DNA of 64,000 nucleotides from Leptospiraceae bacterium. GTDB taxonomy: Bacteria > Spirochaetota > Leptospiria > Leptospirales > Leptonemataceae. The stretch lies in assembly GCA_040217195.1 (NCBI GenBank), contig JAVJNR010000002.1:32001-96000 (forward strand). Reading direction: 5' to 3'. The translations under genes and the position numbers were made by a program. Within the stretch, counting starts at the first letter, position 1; each line of letters opens with the position of its first letter. The notes under the pieces are model-generated. The model had not been told where the DNA came from, made no database searches, and worked only from the letters and a program-made list of their open reading frames with translations. This document shows, one piece after another, positions 49,656-59,881 of the stretch.

Positions 49656-50369
49656 CTATTTGATTTTTAATCGTGCCATGACCGGCAAATGATCTGATGC
49701 TACTCTGGTTCTCTTATTCAATAGAACCTTGTGCTCTATGAGTTCTACTCGTCGGTTCAAAAACAATTTGTCGATTCGAATTAGCGGTGATGGAGTGTAG
49801 GAAGGAAATGAATGCATGCGATTGCCTTTGTAGGTATCGTAGAATCCACCTTCTGCAAGTAATGGGTTTAGTTTTCCAACGCGGTCATTTGTATCGCCCA
49901 GCATGATGACCGGCCTATCTCTTACCATTTCTAAAAAGGATGATTCAAGGATCATTCTCATTTGAGAGATTCGTTCGAATCCGGCGAGCCCCAGATGAAA
50001 ATTTAATACTGCGATTTCACCAGCTGGAGTATCAATTCTGGACATGAGGCATCCCCGTGGTTTCTTTATGCCCCAGGTGATATTCAAGTTCTCAGAATGA
50101 ACGATGGGAAACCGAGAAAGGGTAGCATTGCCATAGGCTCCTTTTTTCAGTTGGACATTCAATCCCAGTTCATATTGCATCTGCAGAGATTCAGCCAGCT
50201 TCCGGGCCAGGTCATCGTTATGGGACCTGGGTACCTGAAAATCTACTTCCTGAAGACATAGAATGTCTGCGGAAGACTCCTGGAGAATTTCCTGAATGCG
50301 CTGCGGCTGGTAGGAGCGGTCATTCCCTATGGCTTTATGTATATTGTAGGTTAGGACCGAAATTTCCAT
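49656..50369 (-). CDS. Endonuclease/exonuclease/phosphatase-family protein
   Basis: LTYNIH, LCLQEV, GNATLSR, HL, GDTN, RID and ASDHLP. Confidence 0.92.
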   Translation of the reverse strand: MEISVLTYNIHKAIGNDRSYQPQRIQEILQESSADILCLQEVDFQVPRSHNDDLARKLAESLQMQYELGLNVQLKKGAYGNATLSRFPIVHSENLNITWGIKKPRGCLMSRIDTPAGEIAVLNFHLGLAGFERISQMRMILESSFLEMVRDRPVIMLGDTNDRVGKLNPLLAEGGFYDTYKGNRMHSFPSYTPSPLIRIDKLFLNRRVELIEHKVLLNKRTRVASDHLPVMARLKIK

Positions 50370-52062
50370 GATTACTTATAGATACGGACCCTACGAACCA
50401 GATCGCGACGGCCCCTGGGACATGGACCGGCTGATGTCAGTATTATCCGAAATGGTAATGCGATATGACATGCAGCTGGACGATGCTCTGAGAGAATTAA
50501 TCAATCGCGGCCTGCCGGTAAATCTATTTTTACAGGAAGGAGGAATGGATGATCTGGTAGATCAGTTTATCAATCAGCTGGATGAACAGTTAAAGGCAGT
50601 CCTGGAAAAATTTCATCTTCAAGATGCCATCGATAGTACCAGACAATCTCTGGATAGAAGCAGAAAGCAGTCTGAAGACCATCTAAAGAAACATCCAGAA
50701 CTAAAAGATCAACTGGGGTCAGCTGTAGAGCGAGAATCTAGCGATGAACTTTTTCGATTGAAGTGGGACCTGGTCAAGGAGTCCGGCGAAAAAGAGCTGG
50801 GAAAGTCCCTGTCACGACTGCAGAAGGATCTGGAAGATTTAAATACATTACAGGAAGGCCAGAAGCGATTTGCTTTTCGCGGCGAGGAAGGGCTGAGCCG
50901 GAAAGAGGCTCTGGAGCTCCTGAAGCAAATGCAGGATATGGATGAGCTCAAGCAGTCCATGAAGCAGGCTCAAGCCAATGGCGATCTGTTTAATTTCGAC
51001 CTGGAAAAGCTTGCCCGTTACCTTGGTCCGGAGTCCTATCAGGAGTTTCTTGAGCGCAGGGAAAGGATCATGAAAAACCTCCGCAAACTCATGGAGGATC
51101 AGGGTCAGGTGGTCCGGGATGAAGATTCCGGAGAAATGAAATTATCGCCGGCTTCCGTTCGCAGAATTGGCAGGCGAGCTCTGGAAGAGATATTTTCTGC
51201 GTTGAAATCAGATGATACCGGAGCGAATATCACAGCAGAAGAAGGAGAGGGCGAACAGGTATCCACAGAATCCAGACCCATGGAGTTCGGAGATAGTATT
51301 CATGCCCTGGATATTAGTGCCACTTTAATAAACAGCTACATTCGAACTGGATCCAGCCGACCCGGATTCCAGGATATTGAGATCTTTAAAAGTCGGGGAC
51401 AGGCTCGCTCGGCCACAGTGGTTCTTCTGGATATGTCCGGAAGTATGATGCGCGCGGAGAGATTCTATTATGCCAAACGAATGGTTCTGGCTCTGGATGC
51501 ATTGATTCGCGAAGATTACAAGGATGATCGCCTGATGGTTGTGGGATTCGGAACATTTGCCCGATCCTACACCCCGGCTGATATACCATCGCTACAGCCA
51601 TTTCCGGTGACCATGTTTGATCCCCATATCCGGTTACGACTGGATGCCACCAACGAAGACAGCATGGCATTTGCGCCTGAGTATTTTACCAATCTGCAGC
51701 GCGGCCTGTCCCTATCGCGCAAGCTACTGGGTAGCGGAGAAACAAAGAACAGACAGATTATTCTAATTACTGATGGAGTTCCTACGGCTCATTTCGAAGG
51801 AAACACTCTACGTATAAACTATCCTCCATCGCCCGGGGATTTTGATTTTGCTTTGAGGGAAACCCGGGGTGCCACAGACGATGGAATTGTAATCAATACC
51901 TTTCTGCTCACATCTGACTGGGAATTCAGCTACTTTGGAGATGAATCATTTATCCAGCAATTTGCCAAGCACAGTCAGGGGCGCATTTTTTATCCGCATC
52001 CAAAGCATATGGATCGCATGGTTCTGGTGGATTTCATTCAGAACAAAAAGACGCTGATTTGA
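50368..52062 (+). CDS. VWA (MIDAS) domain protein
   Basis: ATVVLLDMSGSM, TNLQRGL, IILITDGVPTAH and INTFLL. Confidence 0.9.
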   Translation: MITYRYGPYEPDRDGPWDMDRLMSVLSEMVMRYDMQLDDALRELINRGLPVNLFLQEGGMDDLVDQFINQLDEQLKAVLEKFHLQDAIDSTRQSLDRSRKQSEDHLKKHPELKDQLGSAVERESSDELFRLKWDLVKESGEKELGKSLSRLQKDLEDLNTLQEGQKRFAFRGEEGLSRKEALELLKQMQDMDELKQSMKQAQANGDLFNFDLEKLARYLGPESYQEFLERRERIMKNLRKLMEDQGQVVRDEDSGEMKLSPASVRRIGRRALEEIFSALKSDDTGANITAEEGEGEQVSTESRPMEFGDSIHALDISATLINSYIRTGSSRPGFQDIEIFKSRGQARSATVVLLDMSGSMMRAERFYYAKRMVLALDALIREDYKDDRLMVVGFGTFARSYTPADIPSLQPFPVTMFDPHIRLRLDATNEDSMAFAPEYFTNLQRGLSLSRKLLGSGETKNRQIILITDGVPTAHFEGNTLRINYPPSPGDFDFALRETRGATDDGIVINTFLLTSDWEFSYFGDESFIQQFAKHSQGRIFYPHPKHMDRMVLVDFIQNKKTLI

Positions 52063-52132
52063 TCCCCAATTCAGAGTCATCCTGGACCTGGAAAAAGCTT
52101 GAGCATGTGCAGGCAGCAGGGACATTGCTGGA

Positions 52133-53242
52133 ATGAATTCCACCGCCTTTTCCATTAAGCCTTTCAATTCAGATGATATCCTGAAAACTCTCAAATCCTC
52201 CGGAATAGTTGAGGAGTCAGTGGGAGATTCTGTCCAGATCCAGAACATTGGACCTATTGACGATTGCGGTCCAGGGGATCTTGCATTTGCAGATAAAGAA
52301 AAATTCCTGATCAAGGCGCGGGAGCGAAAGCCAGCCTGCCTTGTTCTTAATGCCAGCCTTAAAGATAAGTTGGACGGTAAAGAGCCGTTTACAGTGATTC
52401 TGGTAAAGAATGTTGGCCTGGCTCACTCCTGGATTCGCAAAGCCCTGGGTGACGTTGACTTTGCCTCTACAGAAGACTGGGGACGAATCCATTCATCCGC
52501 TGTAATCCATGATTCGGTGCAGGTTCCGGAAAGTGTTGTAATTGGCCCTGGAGCTATTATTGGACCCAGAGTCAAATTTGGCGAGCGATGTGTAGTTATG
52601 GCCGGTGTTGTTGTAGAAAGGGATGCAGTGCTGGGCGATGATTGCGTTCTACATCCTGGTGTAGTTCTGGGATGGGGATGCATTCTGGGTCATCGTTGCA
52701 TTATTCGTAGCGGTACCATTATCGGATCCGAAGGCTTTGGTTTTGCCCAGGATGAAAGTAGATCCCATCATAGAATACCACAGACTGGTATCGTTCGGCT
52801 TGGAAACGATGTAGTTCTGGGTTCCAATAACTGTATCGATCGGGCCACCTACGGAGAGACTCTAATTCATGATAATGTGATCAGCGATAATTTATGTCAC
52901 CTGGCCCACAATGTTGATATCGGGGAAAAATCCATTCTGGTGGCCATGACCGGTATTGCTGGATCCACGAAACTTGGAAAGCGAGTCATATGCAGCGGCC
53001 AGACCGGAATTCTGGATCATATTACCATTCCCGATGACACAGTTCTTGTGGGCCGTGCCGCCGTGCTCAGTGATAACGTAAAGAAATCCGGAGTCTATGC
53101 TGGCTCTCCCTTACAACCCATCGCCGATTATCAGAAAAACAGCGTTCACATAAAGAATCTGGACAAAATGCGAAAAGAAATGAAGTCGCTGCAGAAGCGT
53201 CTGGAAGCCCTGGAGGGCAGCCAGAGCGGTCAATCTACTTGA
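52133..53242 (+). CDS. lpxD: UDP-3-O-acylglucosamine N-acyltransferase LpxD
   Basis: Hexapeptide repeats; IGSEGFGF, IPQTG, IDRAT, DNLCHLAHNV and GIAGST. Confidence 0.93.
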   Translation: MNSTAFSIKPFNSDDILKTLKSSGIVEESVGDSVQIQNIGPIDDCGPGDLAFADKEKFLIKARERKPACLVLNASLKDKLDGKEPFTVILVKNVGLAHSWIRKALGDVDFASTEDWGRIHSSAVIHDSVQVPESVVIGPGAIIGPRVKFGERCVVMAGVVVERDAVLGDDCVLHPGVVLGWGCILGHRCIIRSGTIIGSEGFGFAQDESRSHHRIPQTGIVRLGNDVVLGSNNCIDRATYGETLIHDNVISDNLCHLAHNVDIGEKSILVAMTGIAGSTKLGKRVICSGQTGILDHITIPDDTVLVGRAAVLSDNVKKSGVYAGSPLQPIADYQKNSVHIKNLDKMRKEMKSLQKRLEALEGSQSGQST

Positions 53243-53273
53243 CACGGTTCATGGATGCACCTGCATTGCCAGT

Positions 53274-53358
53274 GGAGGGATGTCCGAGCGGTTTAAGGAG
53301 GCGGTCTTGAAAACCGTTGTAGTTTACGCTACCGTGGGTTCGAATCCCACTCCCTCCG
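53274..53358 (+). tRNA. tRNA-Ser(TGA)
   Basis: Acceptor stem GGAGGGA/TCCCTCC, anticodon loop CTTGAAA, long variable arm, TTCGAAT; CCA not encoded. Confidence 0.96.
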
Positions 53359-53366
53359 AACGAACA

Positions 53367-53453
53367 GGAGAGGTGCCCGAGAGGCCGAAGGGAGCAGTTT
53401 GCTAAACTGTCGTAGGTGTACGCCTACCGAGGGTTCGAATCCCTCCCTCTCCG
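53367..53453 (+). tRNA. tRNA-Ser(GCT)
   Basis: Acceptor stem GGAGAGG/CCTCTCC, anticodon loop TTGCTAA, long variable arm, TTCGAAT; CCA not encoded. Confidence 0.96.
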
Positions 53454-53465
53454 CATTGGTGTCAC

Positions 53466-53897
53466 ATGGCAGATAAGGTCCGAGAGATCCAGGACAGGCT
53501 CCTGAAGAATATACAGGATGGTGATCAGCTAAGTGCTGCCATTGCCTACTTCCCACTAATTGGTTGGATTTATCCCCTGTATTTCAAAAAGGAGGATAAA
53601 CTCTGTCAATATCATGGCAAACAGGGCCAGAAGCTCAACGCCGTGCTGGTAGGGCTTTACATGGTTCTGTGGTTGCTGGAAAATTTCTGGCTTACAGCCT
53701 GGGTTTTTGGCACCGGTTCCTTGCTGAATCCGATTTCCTCTTCCATCAAAATCATTGCACTATTCGGTTATCTGGGACTTTCCCTGATGGCGGCTTACAG
53801 AGCTTTCATGGACGAAGAATGGGAGATACCCTTCCTGCAAGATATTGTGGATTTTTTCTGGGATCTATTTCCCGAGCGAAAGAACGATCAGGACTAG
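53466..53897 (+). CDS. Hypothetical membrane protein (DUF4870/Tic20-like)
   Basis: AAIAYFPLIGW...YHGKQG...AYRAF...IPF pattern. Confidence 0.7.
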   Translation: MADKVREIQDRLLKNIQDGDQLSAAIAYFPLIGWIYPLYFKKEDKLCQYHGKQGQKLNAVLVGLYMVLWLLENFWLTAWVFGTGSLLNPISSSIKIIALFGYLGLSLMAAYRAFMDEEWEIPFLQDIVDFFWDLFPERKNDQD

Positions 53898-54299
53898 ATG
53901 AAATATCTAAAGCAGCTAAAAGAGTACTGGCTTTCCAGACCAGATAGGGTTCGCTCCATAGTGTACCTGATTCCATCGTTCGTTTTTTTCTTACCCGGCC
54001 TGCTCATTGATTCAGGACGGGCGCAAAAGGCTGCGCTCAGATCGTTTTGTCTGGGTTTGTTATTTCTGGGGGTTGTATTTCTAATCTATCTGTTTCATTT
54101 CTACATCTGGACTCAGTCTGTTGAGCTCCGGTACTTTCGACAGCTGGTCTTTTTCTTTCTGCAACTGGCCGCCATCCTGGCCTACGTTGGACTTAGCGGA
54201 AAACTGATCCTTGCCGAATCGAAGGACAACCCGACGCCGGATTTCTGGCTGGATCGGGTGAGCAATAAAGTAGTTCGCTTTCTTGAATTCAAAGCCTGA
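53898..54299 (+). CDS. Hypothetical membrane protein
   Basis: 3 TM segments; abuts the previous gene. Confidence 0.65.
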   Translation: MKYLKQLKEYWLSRPDRVRSIVYLIPSFVFFLPGLLIDSGRAQKAALRSFCLGLLFLGVVFLIYLFHFYIWTQSVELRYFRQLVFFFLQLAAILAYVGLSGKLILAESKDNPTPDFWLDRVSNKVVRFLEFKA

Positions 54300-54361
54300 A
54301 TCGAATTTCCGTTCAAGTAACTGGTAATCCAGACTGATACTTTCTGAAGCAGACCGTACGC

Positions 54362-55471
54362 TTATAGTCTGGATGCCACGGATTGATACAGTGGAATTAG
54401 CGCATCCACATGGGCATCCCATGTGAAATTCCTGGCCTGGGCTGGTCCTTCCTTCCTCATTCGCATGCGAATGGACTTATTCTCCAGAACTCTCAATACT
54501 ACTTCTCTTAGTTCGGACTCTGCCTCGGGGTCAAAATACAGTGGCACATCACCGCCTACTTCTGGTAGACTGCTTCGACTGGAAGAAATAACCGGTGTTC
54601 CGCAGGCCATTGCTTCTGCCAGGGGAAATCCAAAGCCCTCCAACAGGGATGGCATGATGAATACATCGGCCGCACCGTACAGCAATGGTAGCTCATGGTT
54701 TTCGAAGAAAGGTAGGATACGAATTCGATCTGAATATTCAAAGCCATTCAAGGCATCCGCCAGGTAACCAGGAAGCTTTCCTCCGGTGCCGGCAATGCAT
54801 AGATCCAGCTTTAAATCTCCATCCCATAGGTTCTTTAAAGATCGAACTACAAAGTCCACGTTCTTATGCTTTTTTCCGATTCCTACGCAAAGTGCGAAAG
54901 GATTCTTCAATTTATACTTCTTGCGAAAAGCAGCAATTTCTTTGGCAGGGCGCACTTTGAATAATTGATGATCGATGCCGTTATAAATGGTGCTAATCCT
55001 GTCAGCAGATGCAGGGAAGTTTTCTATCATCCTGTTTTTAGAATGATTGGATACGGTGGCTATGGCACCGGCCCGGGATGCTACCTGTTTCAAAAAGAAG
55101 GAAGCATAGAAGCGATAAACAGGATTGGAGAATTCCTGACTGTCCAGATGTATCAAATCATGTACCACTACAACGCTTCGACGCAGGTACTTAAGGGCTG
55201 CATTGTAATGCGGGCTATGGATTACCTCCCCTTTTCGAGGGGCAGGAAACTGGAAGTGCTCACGGATGGAATAAATACCTGCGGTAAAAGGACGAATCTC
55301 ACCGGAAAAATCTGGTAAATACTTCTGGATAGTATCTTGATCTCCAGCAAGGGTCAATCGGACCTCCGGTCTATGGATGAGGAGATTCAGAACGCTATAG
55401 ACCTGGGTGCCAATGCCAGAAAATCCCAGCATGCGGGCATCGAACAGAACGGGTAGGGGCGATTTTGCCAT
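54362..55471 (-). CDS. Glycosyltransferase family 4 (GT-B)
   Basis: FDARM..SGIG, VHDL, HKN, PSLLEGFGFPLAEAMACGTPV and SSLPEV. Confidence 0.93.
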   Translation of the reverse strand: MAKSPLPVLFDARMLGFSGIGTQVYSVLNLLIHRPEVRLTLAGDQDTIQKYLPDFSGEIRPFTAGIYSIREHFQFPAPRKGEVIHSPHYNAALKYLRRSVVVVHDLIHLDSQEFSNPVYRFYASFFLKQVASRAGAIATVSNHSKNRMIENFPASADRISTIYNGIDHQLFKVRPAKEIAAFRKKYKLKNPFALCVGIGKKHKNVDFVVRSLKNLWDGDLKLDLCIAGTGGKLPGYLADALNGFEYSDRIRILPFFENHELPLLYGAADVFIMPSLLEGFGFPLAEAMACGTPVISSSRSSLPEVGGDVPLYFDPEAESELREVVLRVLENKSIRMRMRKEGPAQARNFTWDAHVDALIPLYQSVASRL

Positions 55472-55480
55472 GAAAACCAC

Positions 55481-55954
55481 TTGAAACCAGATGCTATTGC
55501 AACCGTCAATGCATTCGAAGTGCTTTTGGACAATATGAAATTCCATCCGCAGCCGGGGCCAGATGACCGGCCACAAAGATCGCTGCATTCTCAGAGTTGG
55601 TTGAAATCGCTACATTGCCTGCTTCGTGGTGCTGATAAAGCGTGTTGCCGGAAGACTTTTGCCTGTCTGCTTCTGCCTTTTCTGGGGCTTGTATTTACGC
55701 CTGGCTGTTCCAGGTCGTCGGCCAATCAGTATGATTCCGGAGAGGCCAATGTCATGATAGCTGCGGCCTATGCGGCCAAGGATGGAGAATGCGGGACCAG
55801 TCATACATTCACTTCTATATTATTCTTTCCCGCTGACAGGGCTAACGTGGAAGCCTGCGCTGCTGCCATCCTGGATACCAGCTGCACGGACTGGTCAGTA
55901 ACAGATCCCACTCCCGATGTTTGTAAATTCATTGGAGTGCAATTCGAAAGCTAA
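55481..55954 (+). CDS. Small Cys-rich putative lipoprotein (start uncertain)
   Basis: Hydrophobic stretch ending TPGC, then four further Cys; the real start is probably downstream (e.g. TTG 55601). Confidence 0.55.
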   Translation: MKPDAIATVNAFEVLLDNMKFHPQPGPDDRPQRSLHSQSWLKSLHCLLRGADKACCRKTFACLLLPFLGLVFTPGCSRSSANQYDSGEANVMIAAAYAAKDGECGTSHTFTSILFFPADRANVEACAAAILDTSCTDWSVTDPTPDVCKFIGVQFES

Positions 55955-55960
55955 GAAATT

Positions 55961-57034
55961 TCAGAGCTTGCCGTAGGCTCGATCTATGTATTGCACAGTT
56001 TGTAGCCCCTGAACAGTCTGCGTGCGATTATATAGATGCCGTTGCTCGGAGCTCGTTGCTATCTGCGAGTACATATTGATCCAGGGATTCTTTTTACTCC
56101 CGGTGAGCGGAAAGCGAATCTCCTTTAACTCTTGAAAGCCGCCATATCTGGAAGAGGGGCCGGTTTTCCAGATTTCAAATCCGTTGTTTCCGCAATGGAT
56201 TCTACCCCGACTGAAATCCAGTTCCATCTCAAATTCAAAGTAGCGATTGCGAGCTCCTGTATCCAGGCTGGCGACGAAATTGGAATAATGAAATTGTAGA
56301 TGCGAAGAGTGTTCCAGGCCTTTTTTATCTCGCATTATTCTGCCGGTCATCGTTTCGGGCAATCCGCAGTACCAGAACAATAGATCCAGCCAGTGCACTG
56401 CATCGTGAAGCAGTGGACCGGATCCAGCATGAATGGGAGATGCGCCAGAGTACACTCTGCCTCGAATCGTACGTAGGGATCCCAGGCTTTCCTTCTGGAT
56501 GTATTGCTGGACCTTTCTGTAGCCGGAATGGTACCTACGTTCAAAATTGATCCAGAGTCGACTGTTCGTGGAATCCATTCCCTTCTGTAGCTCTTTGATA
56601 TCGCGGTTGTTTTCGCCGGGTGGCTTTTCAATTAGAACATCTGAAATGCCCAGATGCATCAATCGCAGGGCCTGTGAGGTATGCACTTCCTGGGGCGTTG
56701 CAACTATGGCTAGATCTATGTGTCCTGTGTTACTGCTGGCTGAACCGGTCCTTCTGTTTGATCGCTTCGCGGTATTTATAGTTTTGCCGGATGCTTCGGA
56801 TTCTATCCAGGAAAACATTTCATCTGGATTCTGAAATGCTCGAACTGGTTCGGGCCACCATTTCAGGAATTTCTTAATTTGTTCCGGATCTATGTCGCAC
56901 ACGGCTACCAGTTGAAATTTATTTCTGAGAGCCAGGATAGTTCCGGCATGGGTACATGGGTGATATCTAAGTTTGTCGTTTTCCAGAGACCAGGCAATGC
57001 GTCCAAGTCCTATTAAGATGGCCCGACGCTTCAC
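55961..57034 (-). CDS. Gfo/Idh/MocA-family oxidoreductase
   Basis: IGLGRI, IVATP..H, LIEKP, NFERRY and LLHDAVHWLD. Confidence 0.9.
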   Translation of the reverse strand: MKRRAILIGLGRIAWSLENDKLRYHPCTHAGTILALRNKFQLVAVCDIDPEQIKKFLKWWPEPVRAFQNPDEMFSWIESEASGKTINTAKRSNRRTGSASSNTGHIDLAIVATPQEVHTSQALRLMHLGISDVLIEKPPGENNRDIKELQKGMDSTNSRLWINFERRYHSGYRKVQQYIQKESLGSLRTIRGRVYSGASPIHAGSGPLLHDAVHWLDLLFWYCGLPETMTGRIMRDKKGLEHSSHLQFHYSNFVASLDTGARNRYFEFEMELDFSRGRIHCGNNGFEIWKTGPSSRYGGFQELKEIRFPLTGSKKNPWINMYSQIATSSEQRHLYNRTQTVQGLQTVQYIDRAYGKL

Positions 57035-57297
57035 TTGATGATCTTTTCCAGCAGCCAGAGAATTCCAATGAAATAGAATCCCCAGAGAAGGGATCCCAGA
57101 GTAAACGATGCGATTATGACCATTGGATGGGGCATGGCCAGATATAAAATACTGAGTGGCATGTCTGCCAGAATATGCGAAGTGCAGCTGGCATTAATAC
57201 AATCCATGTCCAGGATACGTGAACGGGTCCATACAAAGATTACGTGCACCGCAAATCCTATCCAGAAGGCCAGTTTATAGTTAGAGTTGGATCGCAT
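57031..57297 (-). CDS. Small hypothetical membrane protein
   Basis: Hydrophobic 88-aa ORF with a 4-nt overlap to the oxidoreductase. Confidence 0.6.
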   Translation of the reverse strand: MRSNSNYKLAFWIGFAVHVIFVWTRSRILDMDCINASCTSHILADMPLSILYLAMPHPMVIIASFTLGSLLWGFYFIGILWLLEKIIK

Positions 57298-57352
57298 TTT
57301 CTTTCCGCTTTACGTCCCACCGGCGGACTTCTACGCTGACGGCACCAGTATT

Positions 57353-59293
57353 ATGGAATCCGCCCTGAAGAAAAGTAGAATCCGTCCGCTGTCCCCGTTG
57401 CTCGTAGATCGCATCGCTGCTGGAGAAGTAATCGATGGCCCTGCCTCGGTGGTCAAGGAACTGATGGAAAATGCCCTGGATGCCGGAGCCACCAGTGTCC
57501 AGGTGGAAACCAGCGGTGGAGGAATCAACTGGATAGCTGTTGAAGACGATGGTAACGGAATTCAAGCAGAAGATTTGCCTCTGGCTATTCAAAAACATGC
57601 CACTTCGAAAGTGGAGACTCTGGACGATATCAATGAAGTGCTGAGTTATGGATTTCGTGGAGAGGCCCTTTCCTCCATTGCATCCATAAGTTATCTTGAA
57701 ATTCTCACTAAATCCTCGGAGGAGTCCCGGGGCGCTCGAATCATCAGTCGTGGCGGAGAACCGGGACCGGTGGAGCCGGCTCCTCGCACCAGAGGGACTA
57801 GAATTTATGTAGAGGATCTGTTCTATTCCACACCGGCCAGAAAGAAGTTTCTGAAATCTGAGAAATCCGAGAATCAAAAGATTCACCGAGAATTTGTTCG
57901 TCTGGCCATGGCCCGATTACAGGTGAGCTGGAAACTGGTTAGAGATGATAAGACGATTCTGGATCTACCGGCAGGCCAGTCCTTTGAGGCTCGCGTGGGC
58001 TCAATCTTTACCGAGAATCTGGCCAGGCATCTGTTGCCTGTAAGTTCCCATGGAACGGGAATTTCCATCAGCGGATTCATTTCAGACCATGACTTTTTTA
58101 GAGCTACCAGAGACCGTCAGTTTAGCTGGATTAACGGACGACCGGTGGAGCTAAAAAATCTGTCCTTTCTGGTGAAAAAAGGATATGGAGAGATCATTCC
58201 CCATGGATCGCATCCGGCTTTTTTTCTATTTCTGGAAGTGGAGCCTGACCGTGTGGATGTAAACGTCCATCCGGCCAAGAGGGAAGTCAGGTTACTGGAT
58301 GAATCTTTGCTTTATGGGCTGGTGCAGCGAGCAGTGGTGCCGGTTATATTTCCGGATGAGCCTCTTCCGTTTAAAAAAGGAAGCTGGCAAAGCGGTATGT
58401 TTTCAGGCGGACCGGACAAATTTGCTGGTTCCGGGACAATCGACTCTTCGAATTTGGATGCCACATCAGGGAGTTCCGATATGCCCCGGTTTCGGGAATC
58501 GGTAGATTCTCTTTTGTTTTCAGCTCAATCCAGTCTGAGTCTGAGTCAGAGCCGTGCCTATGAGATTCGCAGCGGCGGATGGCAGGCAGGCGAAACAGAA
58601 TCGGAATACTCTCTTTCCACGGATTATTCTTCGCAACCATCGACTCATGCAAATGAAGCGAATCATTTCAACGATTCTGATTCGGAATCCGCTGGTTCCG
58701 AAAGCACCAATGTTCAATCTGGTTTTCTTCCCTTAAGACATTTCGGCGTTATATTTGGAACCTACATTCTTGCAGAGGCGGAGGATGGATTCTATATAAT
58801 TGATCAACATACAGCCCATGAACGCATTAATTATGAGATTAGGAGGAAGGCTTTAGAAGATCGAAGCTTTGGTACTCAGAATTTGCTCACACCTCTGGTT
58901 CTGGATTACTCCAGACAGGAAGCGGAAGCAATTCTGGAACATAGTCAGGAATTACAGGATGCCGGGTTTCAACTGGACTCCATCGGTGAAGGTCAACTGG
59001 CATTGAGAATGGTGCCGGATTTCCTGGATCCAGGCTCGGAAGTGGATACAATAATGCACGTTATACAACGACTTTCCGAGGGGGAATCCATGGTTCGCGT
59101 ATACGATGAATATGCAGCCATGAAAGCCTGCAAAGCTTCGATCAAGAAGAACGATGTTGTGCATGGAAGTGTACTTGCAGAAATTGTAAAACAGCTCAGT
59201 CAATGTGAAGACCCGTCTCGTTGCCCCCATGGAAGGCCCACAATGCTACGCTTAACTCGCAATGAACTGGATCGAATGTTTCATCGTACGTAA
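57353..59293 (+). CDS. mutL: DNA mismatch repair endonuclease MutL
   Basis: IAAGEVI..PASVVKELMENALDAGA, GFRGEAL, DVNVHPAKREV, DQHTAHER, ACK and CPHGRP. Confidence 0.97.
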   Translation: MESALKKSRIRPLSPLLVDRIAAGEVIDGPASVVKELMENALDAGATSVQVETSGGGINWIAVEDDGNGIQAEDLPLAIQKHATSKVETLDDINEVLSYGFRGEALSSIASISYLEILTKSSEESRGARIISRGGEPGPVEPAPRTRGTRIYVEDLFYSTPARKKFLKSEKSENQKIHREFVRLAMARLQVSWKLVRDDKTILDLPAGQSFEARVGSIFTENLARHLLPVSSHGTGISISGFISDHDFFRATRDRQFSWINGRPVELKNLSFLVKKGYGEIIPHGSHPAFFLFLEVEPDRVDVNVHPAKREVRLLDESLLYGLVQRAVVPVIFPDEPLPFKKGSWQSGMFSGGPDKFAGSGTIDSSNLDATSGSSDMPRFRESVDSLLFSAQSSLSLSQSRAYEIRSGGWQAGETESEYSLSTDYSSQPSTHANEANHFNDSDSESAGSESTNVQSGFLPLRHFGVIFGTYILAEAEDGFYIIDQHTAHERINYEIRRKALEDRSFGTQNLLTPLVLDYSRQEAEAILEHSQELQDAGFQLDSIGEGQLALRMVPDFLDPGSEVDTIMHVIQRLSEGESMVRVYDEYAAMKACKASIKKNDVVHGSVLAEIVKQLSQCEDPSRCPHGRPTMLRLTRNELDRMFHRT

Positions 59294-59341
59294 CTTTTTT
59301 TCATGGAACTTATGCCCGCCATTTATCTACTGGAATAAGGA

Positions 59342-59881
59342 ATGAAACCAGAAACCATAGTTATTGCTGTATCCGGCAGTATTGCAGCCTACAAGACCTG
59401 TGATCTGGTGCGAAATCTCAGTCGAAAGAAAATTCCGGTGAGAGTCTGTATGACTCGAAATGCCACTCGGTTTGTGGGACCTGTAACTTTTCAGACTCTT
59501 AGCGGTCAGGACGTTATAGTCGATGAATGGGATCATGGTATGCTTCACATAGACCTTAAAAATGAAGCAGCCCTATTTGCGGTCATTCCGGCTACGGCCA
59601 ATATAATCGGAAAGATGGCTTCCGGAATTGCAGACGATGCAGTGACCAGTACCTATTTAGCTCTTCAATGCCCGGCTTTTGTTGCTCCTGCCATGAATCC
59701 CAATATGTACAGTCATTCAGCGGTGCAGAGAAACTTGAAGGTGCTGCAGGATGATGGTGTTACAATTCTGGATCCGGCCTCCGGAGAGGTGATCTGCGGA
59801 GATGTGGGTCAGGGAAAAATGGAAGAAATCCAGAAGATTGAAGCGAAACTACTGGAGAAATATAACGAAATAATCTCATGA
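59342..59881 (+). CDS. coaC: Phosphopantothenoylcysteine decarboxylase
   Basis: [20 protein letters not shown] and CGDVGQGKM. Confidence 0.92.
   Translation: MKPETIVIAVSGSIAAYKTCDLVRNLSRKKIPVRVCMTRNATRFVGPVTFQTLSGQDVIVDEWDHGMLHIDLKNEAALFAVIPATANIIGKMASGIADDAVTSTYLALQCPAFVAPAMNPNMYSHSAVQRNLKVLQDDGVTILDPASGEVICGDVGQGKMEEIQKIEAKLLEKYNEIIS

Noticed and set aside
53274..53453. tRNA-anchored prophage or genomic island
   Set aside because: No integrase or phage genes, and I saw no duplicated tRNA 3' end in the window.
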